From Crocosphaera subtropica ATCC 51142 (lineage in GTDB: Bacteria; Cyanobacteriota; Cyanobacteriia; Cyanobacteriales; Microcystaceae), in the NCBI RefSeq assembly GCF_000017845.1, contig NC_010546.1, forward strand, positions 2,880,001 through 2,912,000: a stretch of DNA of 32,000 nucleotides, read 5' to 3'. Made by a program: the position numbers and the translations under genes. A model generated the notes under the pieces. That model was not told the origin of the DNA, did no database searches, and worked only from the letters and a program-made list of their open reading frames with translations. Below, one piece after another: positions 9,167 through 15,522 of the stretch (positions are counted from its first letter, which is position 1; each line of letters starts with the position of its first letter).

Positions 9167-9857
9167 TACTTGATCCCCCTAAATCTCCCTTTCCAAAGGG
9201 GACTTTGAGCGTTTTCCCCATCAACTTTATCGACCAACTCATCACCCACAAACCAACATTCCCCCCTTTCAAAAAGGGGGGCTAGGGGGGATCACAACCC
9301 GTTGCTGTAAAGACTTACGCCAGATATAAAACTAAGTCGAAACATTGTCTAGGATCTCTCATTGTCATTCCGAGGTAACGAGGAATCTCATCAATATCGT
9401 TCATATTCATAGTTCGTCCTTCCTATAGAGACACTACTTGATCCCCCTATATCCCCCTTTCCAAAGGGGACTTTGAGCGTTTTCCCCATCAACTTTATCG
9501 ACCAACTCATCACCCACAAACCAACATTCCCCCCTTTCAAAAAGGGGGGTCAGGGGGGATCACAACCCGTTGCTGTAAAGACTTACGCCAGATATAAAAC
9601 TAAGTCGAAACATTGTCTAGGATCTCTCATTGTCATTCCGAGGTAACGAGGAATCTCATCAACCTCCTTCATATTCATGGGTCGTCCGTCCTATAGAGAC
9701 ACTACTTGATCCCCCTAAATCTCCCTTTCCAAAGGGGACTTTGAAGCTTTTCACCAATCAATCCAATCAACCCACTACAACCCATAAACAAACATTTCCC
9801 CCCTTCAAAAGGGGGGCCAGGGGGGATCACAACCCCTTGCTGTAAAGACTTACGCCA
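9167..9857. repeat. tandem array of a 268-bp composite hairpin repeat (2.6 units)
   Basis: Units start at 9167, 9435 and 9703 (TACTTGATCCCCCT...). Units 1 and 2 differ at about 10 positions. Unit 3 is more diverged and truncated after CTTACGCCA. Each unit carries the CCCCCCTTT-CAA-AAAGGGGGG and CCCTT-TCCA-AAGGG hairpins and the TGTCATTCCGAGGTAACGAGGAATCTC motif. Confidence 0.9.
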
Positions 9858-9883
9858 TTAGCTATTATAAATTTACAGAAAAC

Positions 9884-10090
9884 ATGAGGGCATTTTTCAT
9901 GAAATTTCAGGTTATTTTTACTTACGATCCAGAATATGAGGCTTATGTTGCTGAAGCCGTATCCTTACCCGGTTGCGTTAGTCAAGGTAAAACGATGGAT
10001 GAAGCCATTACAAATATAAAAGATGCCATTCAAGGTTATCTTTATGTCGAGGAAAAGCATGGTAATTATCGTTTTTCTGAGAAATTTTAG
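9884..10090 (+). CDS. hicB: HicB-family (UPF0150) antitoxin-like protein, no adjacent HicA
   Basis: FQVIFTYDPEYEAYVAEAVSLPGCVSQGKTMDEAITNIKDAIQGYL is the HicB N-terminal fold signature. The start may be ATG 9899 (MKFQV). Confidence 0.75.
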   Translation: MRAFFMKFQVIFTYDPEYEAYVAEAVSLPGCVSQGKTMDEAITNIKDAIQGYLYVEEKHGNYRFSEKF

Positions 10091-10101
10091 TCATTCGTGA
10101 C

Positions 10102-10419
10102 TTATTCAAGTTCTGCTAACCCTGTTAATTTTACAGGAGGTCGATCAGGAAATTTAGCGGTTAACTCTAGTTCTCCCCCCATTGCTTCGATATAACTGCG
10201 AAGGGTAGAAAGAAGCAAATCGCTGCGTTTTTCCAGTCTAGAAACACTATCTTGACGAATTTTGAGTAATTCTGCCATCCGTTCTTGAGTTAGTTCTCTG
10301 GCTTTTCTTATATCTCGAAGGGTCATCTCTTCAGCAATGAGTTCTTGAGTTCTCGCTTCAATTTTTTTCTGCCGTTCTTGAGATAGGTTTTGCATAATAT
10401 CTTCAAGCTTTTTCGCCAT
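10102..10419 (-). CDS. XRE-family HTH antitoxin (HigA-like)
   Basis: The HTH is MTLRDIRKARELTQERMAELLKIRQDSVSRLEKR. It lies 4 nt downstream of the toxin gene on the same strand. Confidence 0.85.
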   Translation of the reverse strand: MAKKLEDIMQNLSQERQKKIEARTQELIAEEMTLRDIRKARELTQERMAELLKIRQDSVSRLEKRSDLLLSTLRSYIEAMGGELELTAKFPDRPPVKLTGLAELE

Positions 10420-10423
10420 TCCT

Positions 10424-10786
10424 TTATTCTCCTGTGTTTTTCAACTCACTAAGATGAAAATCAAATCGTTGATCGGCTTTTAGAATCAGTTGCTTGTAAA
10501 AACGCTTTTCATTCCCTCCAGCTTTATTACCTGCCACTAATACAATAGCTTGTCGTTTTGGATCAAAGGCAAATGCAACTCGCCAAACTCCCTGATCGAC
10601 TTTAAAGCGAAGTTCCTTCATGTTGGCATGACGAGATCCTTTAAGGGTATCAGCATGAGGTCTCCGAAGACTCGGCCCCCTGACTTCTAACAACTTGACA
10701 TAGGCTAATAATTCATCCTGAACCTCTTCTGCAAACTCATTGAACTCTCTGACAAACTCATCATGGAATAAAACAACCCATCTCAT
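10424..10786 (-). CDS. RelE/HigB-like (Gp49-type) toxin
   Basis: 120 aa with LKGSRHANMKELRF..GVWRVAFAFDPKRQAIVLVAGNK, the typical addiction-module killer pattern. It lies upstream of the XRE antitoxin (toxin-first HigBA order). Confidence 0.8.
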   Translation of the reverse strand: MRWVVLFHDEFVREFNEFAEEVQDELLAYVKLLEVRGPSLRRPHADTLKGSRHANMKELRFKVDQGVWRVAFAFDPKRQAIVLVAGNKAGGNEKRFYKQLILKADQRFDFHLSELKNTGE

Positions 10787-10843
10787 CCTTAAATTATGGT
10801 TTCTAATCCATATCCGTTTAATATGATTCTACCTTGAATTTTT

Positions 10844-11061
10844 AGGTTCTCTCATAACCTACTCATCACCCACCAACAAACATTCCCTAGGATCTCTTAT
10901 TGTCATTCCGAGGTAACGAGGAATCTCATCAACATCGTTCATATTCATGAGTCGTCCTTCCTATAGAGACACTACTTGATCCCCCTATATCCCCCTTTCC
11001 AAAGGGGACTTTACACTTATCACCCACAAACAAACATCCCCCCCTTTCAAAAGAGGGGTCA
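10844..11061. repeat. partial, rearranged fourth copy of the 268-bp repeat
   Basis: It contains ACTCATCACCCACCAACAAACATTCCC, TAGGATCTCTTATTGTCATTCCGAGGTAACGAGGAATCTCATCAACATCGTTCATATTCATGAGTCGTCCTTCCTATAGAGACACTACTTGATCCCCCTATATCCCCC... in the same orientation as the array, with internal deletions. Confidence 0.75.
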
Positions 11062-11063
11062 GG

Positions 11064-11132
11064 CAATACTGCTCGGTTAAGCAAAAGAATTCTTTATAAC
11101 TGCGCGAGAGCAGGGAGAACGGAGCAGGGAGA
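11064..11132. repeat. left arm of imperfect inverted repeat enclosing the four-helix-bundle gene
   Basis: CAATACTGCTCGGTTAAGC (11064..11082) and AACTGCGCGAGAGCAGGGAGAACGGAGCAGGGAGA (11098..11132) are reverse-complementary, with mismatches, to 11635..11653 and 11583..11617. Confidence 0.7.
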
Positions 11133-11148
11133 CCAGAGAAAAAAGCAA

Positions 11149-11538
11149 TTAACGCTTTTTTAATAACCAAGGTGAGGGATTATTAATTATTTTGACTAAA
11201 ATAGCCAGAATTTCGTCATAGATACTCGATAATTCTTTACCTGTTTCCTCTCTTAAGTATTTGCACTCTACAGCAAAATCTAACCATGTTTGCGTTTCTG
11301 CTGCTTCGGCTTCACTATCATTAAGTTTCGCCACAAAAGCTGCTTCATATCGACGTTTGCGCCAAGCTTCAGCTAGATTAGCACAGACTGAACGGGACGA
11401 ACGACGAATTTGGTCAGTTAAAGAGTATTTTTCATCTTTAGGAAAATTTTTAGATAATTCAAAAATCTTCATAGCTGCGAAAAAAGCTTTTTGATACGAT
11501 TTCAAATCTTTATGGCTTCTAATGGGTTCTTTTGTCAT
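11149..11538 (-). CDS. four-helix-bundle protein (23S rRNA IVS / Avd-like family)
   Basis: SYQKAFFAAMKIFELSKNFPKDEKYSLTDQIRRSSRSVCANLAEAWRKRRY...SEAEAAETQTWLDFA is the characteristic family signature. I take ATG 11538 as the start (the track TTG is at 11562). Confidence 0.85.
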   Translation of the reverse strand: MTKEPIRSHKDLKSYQKAFFAAMKIFELSKNFPKDEKYSLTDQIRRSSRSVCANLAEAWRKRRYEAAFVAKLNDSEAEAAETQTWLDFAVECKYLREETGKELSSIYDEILAILVKIINNPSPWLLKKR

Positions 11539-11582
11539 TTTTTCTTTTGAATCAGACCTCAACGCTTAATTTTAATTATATT

Positions 11583-11653
11583 CTCTCCCTGCTCCGGTCT
11601 CCCCACTCCCATGCAGTCTTAACAAGGGTTTTAGGCTTAACCAAGCAGTATTG
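11583..11653. repeat. right arm of the inverted repeat enclosing the four-helix-bundle gene
   Basis: TCTCCCTGCTCCGGTCTCCCCACTCCCATGCAGTC and GCTTAACCAAGCAGTATTG are reverse complements of the left-arm segments (18/19 for the outer block). Confidence 0.7.
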
Positions 11654-11700
11654 GGGATCAGAGCGGATCTCAACTCTCCTCAAAAAAAAATAAAAAAAAT

Positions 11701-11743
11701 TTTTGAGCAAAGTGATATGTTTTTTGAGCGAGGTGGGTATGTT
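11701..11743 (+). promoter_or_regulatory. tandem ~22-nt direct repeat upstream of the pilin gene (candidate regulator/promoter site)
   Basis: TTTTGAGCAAAGTGATATGTT and TTTTGAGCGAGGTGGGTATGTT are adjacent, 53-95 nt upstream of ATG 11796, and are preceded by a long A-tract (11681..11700). Confidence 0.35.
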
Positions 11744-11795
11744 CCTTCTAGAAGCGAAAAAACACTAACCTCTACCAAAAAGGAACATTAAATCA

Positions 11796-12413
11796 ATGAA
11801 TAACAAATTTAACTCTACCTTCAAAGCTAACTTACTCAAAACCATCGCTAACAAAAAAGGTAATAAAGGTTTCACCTTAATCGAATTATTAGTTGTTGTT
11901 ATTATTATCGGTGTATTAGCGGCTATCGCTCTCCCCAACCTCCTAGGACAAGTGGGTAAAGCTCGTGAATCTGAAGCTAAGAGTACCCTCGGTGCAATGA
12001 ACCGCGCTCAACAAACTGTATTCGCTGAAAAAGGAGGATTTGCTGACAGTCTTGCTGACTTAGAAGTTCCTGTTGGTAACGAGAAATTTTATGTAATTGA
12101 CGTTGACGCTGCTGGTCTTCAAATTGCTAACGGTGCAATGAATACAGATAATTCTACTGACGGCTCACTAGAGGATATTGGTGCTAATGCTAATGGCAAA
12201 AATGGAACTCGTGACTATATAGCCGGTATTGGTTACGATCCCCTCAATCGTATCTTTGACTCTGTGGTTTGTCGTGCTGATAATAGTGCTGCTATGAAAA
12301 CTGCTAAGTATGTTCTAGCATCTGGTGGTACTGACGACCCTGCAAATGCCGGCGTAACAACTACAGATAACGTTGTAGTGAACTGTCAGGGTACGACTGA
12401 AGAAGTTAAGTAA
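11796..12413 (+). CDS. pilA: type IV pilin-like protein (prepilin N-terminal cleavage/methylation domain)
   Basis: KG|FTLIELLVVVIIIGVLAAIALPNLLGQVGKARESEAKSTLGAMNRAQQ is the canonical class III signal and N-terminal helix. Confidence 0.85.
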   Translation: MNNKFNSTFKANLLKTIANKKGNKGFTLIELLVVVIIIGVLAAIALPNLLGQVGKARESEAKSTLGAMNRAQQTVFAEKGGFADSLADLEVPVGNEKFYVIDVDAAGLQIANGAMNTDNSTDGSLEDIGANANGKNGTRDYIAGIGYDPLNRIFDSVVCRADNSAAMKTAKYVLASGGTDDPANAGVTTTDNVVVNCQGTTEEVK

Positions 12414-12454
12414 GTTCTTGACTCAGATAACATTCACTTAATTCCCAATAATCT

Positions 12455-12497
12455 CAGGTGGTTCCGTTACAGTTGCCACCTGTTTTTGTTGTTTTTT
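12455..12497 (+). terminator. Rho-independent terminator of the pilin gene
   Basis: The CAGGTGG...CCACCTG stem is followed by TTTTTGTTGTTTTTT. Confidence 0.7.
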
Positions 12498-12508
12498 GGG
12501 GTTAAAAT

Positions 12509-12742
12509 TCAAGTCTGAGTTTCTCCATTCAATTTTAACTGTTCTAATTGTTTTTTAACTCTTTCTCGGCGATGGATATAGAGGGGACTATTTTGTAATT
12601 CTGTTTCTGCGATCGCACTCGCTTGAGCTAAGATCAGGTTAAGATGATCAAATTGCAAACAAACTTCACGTAAACGTGCGACATTTTTGGCTCTAGTTTC
12701 TGCATCAGGAATCTTTTTTTCCATATCCATCATAAACTCCAA
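12509..12742 (-). CDS. hypothetical small helical protein (77 aa)
   Basis: The ORF overlaps the upstream 117-aa ORF by 13 nt (translational coupling). No family recognised. Confidence 0.45.
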   Translation of the reverse strand: MEFMMDMEKKIPDAETRAKNVARLREVCLQFDHLNLILAQASAIAETELQNSPLYIHRRERVKKQLEQLKLNGETQT

Positions 12743-13083
12743 CTTCGTTTAATTTCTAAAACACTTGCTTCAACTGCATCAGCCGTTACTTGCGTTTGTT
12801 CAAGGCATTGATACAATAAGTTTAACAGAGTTGAATTAGCAATTGGTTGAGATTCTGCTACCTGCAATACTAAACCATATAACCTATTATAAAAAGCTCT
12901 GGCTCGTTCAGCAGCATTATTAAGTTCTTCTAACTCAGAAAAAGTTTCCTCCGTCTCACCATATTGTTCAAATAACTGATATTCGGTTGCTGTGGCCAAA
13001 TTGATCACCTTAAATAGTCGAGGAAGTAAATTCGCTACAGCCATCAAGATTTCATCTGATAAATCTGCCATTTTCTTCGCCAA
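12730..13083 (-). CDS. hypothetical acidic helical protein (117 aa)
   Basis: ORF with ATG start, coupled to the downstream 77-aa ORF. No family recognised. Confidence 0.5.
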   Translation of the reverse strand: MAKKMADLSDEILMAVANLLPRLFKVINLATATEYQLFEQYGETEETFSELEELNNAAERARAFYNRLYGLVLQVAESQPIANSTLLNLLYQCLEQTQVTADAVEASVLEIKRSWSL

Positions 13084-13178
13084 TTAACTATAATTGTCGA
13101 TTGTAATTGAATCTGGGCGAATACTGAAGCCATCAAGTAAGTTTAAGAAATAGGCAATCTTTGCTTAAATAGAAGCCT

Positions 13179-13391
13179 TCAATAGTCATCGTATAACCCT
13201 TCATCTTCTGGTGAATAACCATTGAGAAAAGCACTATGACTGCGAATCGTGTCCATTTCCATTGATTTTGGCTGAATGGTAATCACCCAATTTCCTGCCC
13301 CTATTTTATCCACTAAAGAAGAGGGCAAAGTTAACTTTTCCCCTGGCTGAAGTTCAATTTCATAAGTAATATTGATAATACTGCTTTTCAT
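13179..13391 (-). CDS. small AbrB/SpoVT-like putative antitoxin (70 aa)
   Basis: I take ATG 13391 (MKSSIINITYEIELQPGEKLTLPSSLVDKIGAGNWVITIQP...) as the start. The swapped-hairpin-like beta N-terminus and ...AFLNGYSPEDEGLYDDY tail recur in small cyanobacterial antitoxin-like proteins. The upstream 32 codons of the track ORF are AT-rich and unlikely to be coding. Confidence 0.6.
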   Translation of the reverse strand: MKSSIINITYEIELQPGEKLTLPSSLVDKIGAGNWVITIQPKSMEMDTIRSHSAFLNGYSPEDEGLYDDY

Positions 13392-13468
13392 TGGTTTAAT
13401 GATGATGTTAAAAATGATAAGGTTTATCTCTAGTATTATAGAATTAATCAATAAATTAGTAAATCGTA

Positions 13469-13684
13469 GTGAGGAAATGTGAGTCAATTAACTTTATTTG
13501 TACTTTTGATGAAAGTGATATTGACTTTTTGATGGATATAGAACCAGGACATAGTTTATTAGATCGGATAGGGTTAATACAAGAATTAGAAGACTTACTC
13601 GAATGCAAAGTTGATGTGGCTAAACCGCAAATTCTTCATGAAACGATTCGTGAAAAAATTTTAAAAGAGTGTATTTCATTATGA
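13469..13684 (+). pseudogene. 5'-truncated MNT-type nucleotidyltransferase (antitoxin of MNT/HEPN pair)
   Basis: SDIDFLMDIEPGHSLLDRIGLIQELEDLLECKVDVAKPQILHETIREKILKECISL is the C-terminal two thirds of a minimal nucleotidyltransferase. The GS..ARG N-terminal motif is missing or garbled. Confidence 0.7.
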
Positions 13685-13760
13685 AAAATAATCAACTATA
13701 TTTAAGTAATATTTAAGAATATATCCGTAATATTGAGATTTACAGTGAAAAACTTATGAT
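13681..13760 (+). pseudogene. HEPN/DUF86 toxin remnant (N-terminal fragment with in-frame stop)
   Basis: It has an ATGA overlap with the MNT stop. MKNNQLYLSNI*EYIRNIEIY resembles a DUF86 N-terminus (..YL.DIL..I..IE.Y) but carries TAA at 13714..13716 and lacks the rest of the domain. The end coordinate is approximate. Confidence 0.4.
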
Positions 13761-13911
13761 GTATCTAGAAGAAGTCAGTAAGCTACTAAATTCATATGCA
13801 GCTAGAATCGAAGAACGCAGATATTCTCCTAACTCCTGACTCCTGACTCCTTTTTATTTTTTTTGGGGTGTGTTTTTTGGGGTTCAACGGCCGTTAACCC
13901 CTAGGATATGG

Positions 13912-14226
13912 CTAAGGTTTAAGGGTTCCTCCCCGAATAAACCAACCCATAACACCGCCAGCAACGGTGGTTAAGTCAATAAAAACAATTTGTCTCCAGT
14001 TTTTTAACTCCCCTACTTTTTCGGCTAAGTCAGGTATTTTCTGGATTAATGGCTGCTGTGCCTGTAGAGTTGCTTTAATAGTGGTTATTTCTTCTGATTG
14101 TTTATCTAACTTTTGAGTTACTTCTTTTAATTTGTCATTAGTCTCTTTTTGGTTGCTGTCCATCTTGTTCTCTAACCGAGAGAACATTTCCTCTAAAGAA
14201 TAAGTAACAGTAACAGGTTCGTTCAT
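13912..14226 (-). CDS. coiled-coil protein with C-terminal membrane anchor
   Basis: 104 aa with heptad-like charged repeats followed by WRQIVFIDLTTVAGGVMGWFI. No family assigned. Confidence 0.55.
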   Translation of the reverse strand: MNEPVTVTYSLEEMFSRLENKMDSNQKETNDKLKEVTQKLDKQSEEITTIKATLQAQQPLIQKIPDLAEKVGELKNWRQIVFIDLTTVAGGVMGWFIRGGTLKP

Positions 14227-14261
14227 GAGTTATACTCCTAATAGTTATATTTTTCAGTAAG

Positions 14262-14298
14262 GTTCCCTTGGTGGCCCCAGGGGACTGCTTTTATTTTA
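14262..14298 (+). terminator. terminator-like hairpin module (copy 1 of 2)
   Basis: The GTTCCCT...AGGGGAC stem is followed by TGCTTTTATTTTA. It is homologous to 23368..23407 and lies only 10 nt upstream of ATG 14308. Confidence 0.4.
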
Positions 14299-14307
14299 AG
14301 GCTTACT

Positions 14308-14664
14308 ATGAATGGACACCATAAATTTTCCCAACTAACTAAGAAGTTTTCTGAAGACCGCAAAGCTGAAATTTCTCAAAAAACGGCTCAACTGAAGACA
14401 AAAATGGACTCTACATTAGAAGAAAGAGAAAAACAATTATTAGCAATGTCAGATAAAGCCATTGACACATCGGACATTCCCGAATTAGATGATACTTTTT
14501 GGGAAAATGCAAAAGTAGTTAAACCCATGCCTAAAACTGCCGTTTCTATTCCTTTAGACGACGATATTATAGAGTGGTTTAAAAAGCAAGGAAAAAGCTA
14601 TCCAACACTGATTAATTCTGTGCTTCGCTCTTATATTAATACCCAACAAAATAAAATAGATTAA
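14308..14664 (+). CDS. BrnA-family antitoxin-like protein (orphan, no BrnT)
   Basis: SDIPELDDTFWENAKVV.P.PKTAVSIPLDDDIIEWFKKQGKSYPTLINSVLRSY is the BrnA signature. The N-terminal ~35 aa (FSEDRKAEISQKTAQLKTKM) weakly resemble the N-terminus of the HigA-like protein at 10102..10419. Confidence 0.7.
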   Translation: MNGHHKFSQLTKKFSEDRKAEISQKTAQLKTKMDSTLEEREKQLLAMSDKAIDTSDIPELDDTFWENAKVVKPMPKTAVSIPLDDDIIEWFKKQGKSYPTLINSVLRSYINTQQNKID

Positions 14665-14696
14665 AGCTAAGTGAAGAAGTCAAGTCAATTATTACA

Positions 14697-14745
14697 CACC
14701 CTACCTACAAATATTTTACCTTTAATTATGCCTACCTACTTACTG
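14697..14745 (+). repeat. ~47-nt conserved upstream module (copy 1), possible portable promoter/operator
   Basis: CCCTACCTACAAATATTTTACCTTTAATTATGCCTACCTACTT shares a 21-nt perfect core (TTTAATTATGCCTACCTACTT) with the reverse complement of 29427..29475. It has the same orientation relative to the downstream TA operon. Confidence 0.5.
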
Positions 14746-14759
14746 GGTTACAAAAAATC

Positions 14760-14987
14760 ATGACGAAAATAACAAAAAACGAAAGAACAGTTTTTCTTTA
14801 TCCTGACGAAGATGGTTACATTATCGCAGAAGTTCCAAGTCTTCCAGGTTGTATTAGTCAAGGAGAAACTCGTCAAGAAGCTCTGCAAAATATTCAAGAA
14901 GCGATTACACTTCATTTAGAAGTATTAGAAGAAAGAGGTGAATTAATTCCAGAGGATAATATAGAAATAACATCAGTTAAACTATGA
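14760..14987 (+). CDS. hicB: HicB-family antitoxin
   Basis: YPDEDGYIIAEVPSLPGCISQGETRQEALQNIQEAITLHLE. The 4-nt ATGA overlap links it to hicA. Confidence 0.85.
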   Translation: MTKITKNERTVFLYPDEDGYIIAEVPSLPGCISQGETRQEALQNIQEAITLHLEVLEERGELIPEDNIEITSVKL

Positions 14988-15205
14988 GCAAATTACCAGT
15001 TATCTCTGGAAAAGAATGTATTAAAGCCTTAAAAAAAGTCGGTTTTGTCGTGTTTAGACAAAGAGGAAGTCACATTACCATGATAAGAGAAGATCCTCAA
15101 TGTCAAGTTACTATTCCTAATCATAAAACAGTTGCTAAAGGAACATTACGAGCAATTATTAGACAAGCAGATTTAACAGTTGATGAATTCACAAAACTAT
15201 TATAA
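14984..15205 (+). CDS. hicA: HicA-family mRNA interferase toxin
   Basis: GKECIKALKKVGFVVFRQRGSHITM...IPNHKTVAKGTLRAIIRQADLTVDEF is the canonical HicA signature. Confidence 0.9.
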   Translation: MSKLPVISGKECIKALKKVGFVVFRQRGSHITMIREDPQCQVTIPNHKTVAKGTLRAIIRQADLTVDEFTKLL

Positions 15206-15300
15206 GACTCAATGACTAACGCTCACTTAATCTCAAATAAATTTTTACACAATTAAGTGAATTAACTTTATTTGTACTTCTTAGTTGATTTGAATATTAA

Positions 15301-15340
15301 CAGGTGATTGCTTTAAGGTTCAACCTGTTTTTATTTTTTT
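15301..15340 (+). terminator. candidate Rho-independent terminator after hicBA
   Basis: The CAGGT...ACCTG stem is followed by TTTTTATTTTTTT. The stem is short (5-6 bp). Confidence 0.45.
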
Positions 15341-15341
15341 G

Positions 15342-15372
15342 TTTGTCATTCCTCGTTCCTCGGAATGACAAA
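15342..15372. repeat. perfect palindrome of the GTCATTCC...GGAATGAC hairpin-repeat family
   Basis: TTTGTCATTCC-TCGTTCCTC-GGAATGACAAA. Related motifs occur at 9363, 9631, 10901, 16712 and 24035. Confidence 0.6.
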
Positions 15373-15522
15373 AAGAGACTTTAGCTGTCATTGCGAGGGA
15401 GAATAGAAACAGTAAGTATTAATGATAACTAAAAAAACCCTGAAGCCGAAGCCGCGAGGAGCAACAGCGACGTGGCGGACTCTCTACCATAACGCTGAAC
15501 AACATCTCACGACTAATTAGGT
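15369..15522. repeat. dispersed ~130-150-bp repeat (copy 1 of 2)
   Basis: AAAAAGAGACTTTAGCTGTCATTGCGAGGGAGAATAGAAACAGTAAGTATTAAT...CCGAAGCCGAAGCCGCGAGGAGCAACAGCGA...CATCTCACGACTAATTAGGTAAT matches 23216..23342 apart from small indels. Confidence 0.75.

Noticed and set aside
9066-9845. Track ORFs 9066..9272 (-) and 9630..9845 (+), and 10985..11170 (-), as protein-coding genes
   Set aside because: They lie entirely within the 268-bp repeat units. Their peptides (PPFKRGARGDHNPLL, SFRGNEES, DPPKSPFPKGTL) are translations of the hairpin repeats, and the frames are not conserved between units.
9167-9857. CRISPR array
   Set aside because: The period is 268 nt and the whole unit is repeated. There is no short-repeat/unique-spacer alternation and no cas genes in the window.
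5714-11562. Diversity-generating retroelement (RT plus Avd-like four-helix-bundle gene in the same window)
   Set aside because: The RT is a bona fide group II intron protein: the maturase X and HNH domains are present, domain V follows the ORF, and the intron has a GTGCG 5' end. It lies 3.6 kb from the four-helix-bundle gene, with unrelated genes between. I saw no template/variable repeat pair with adenine-specific differences.
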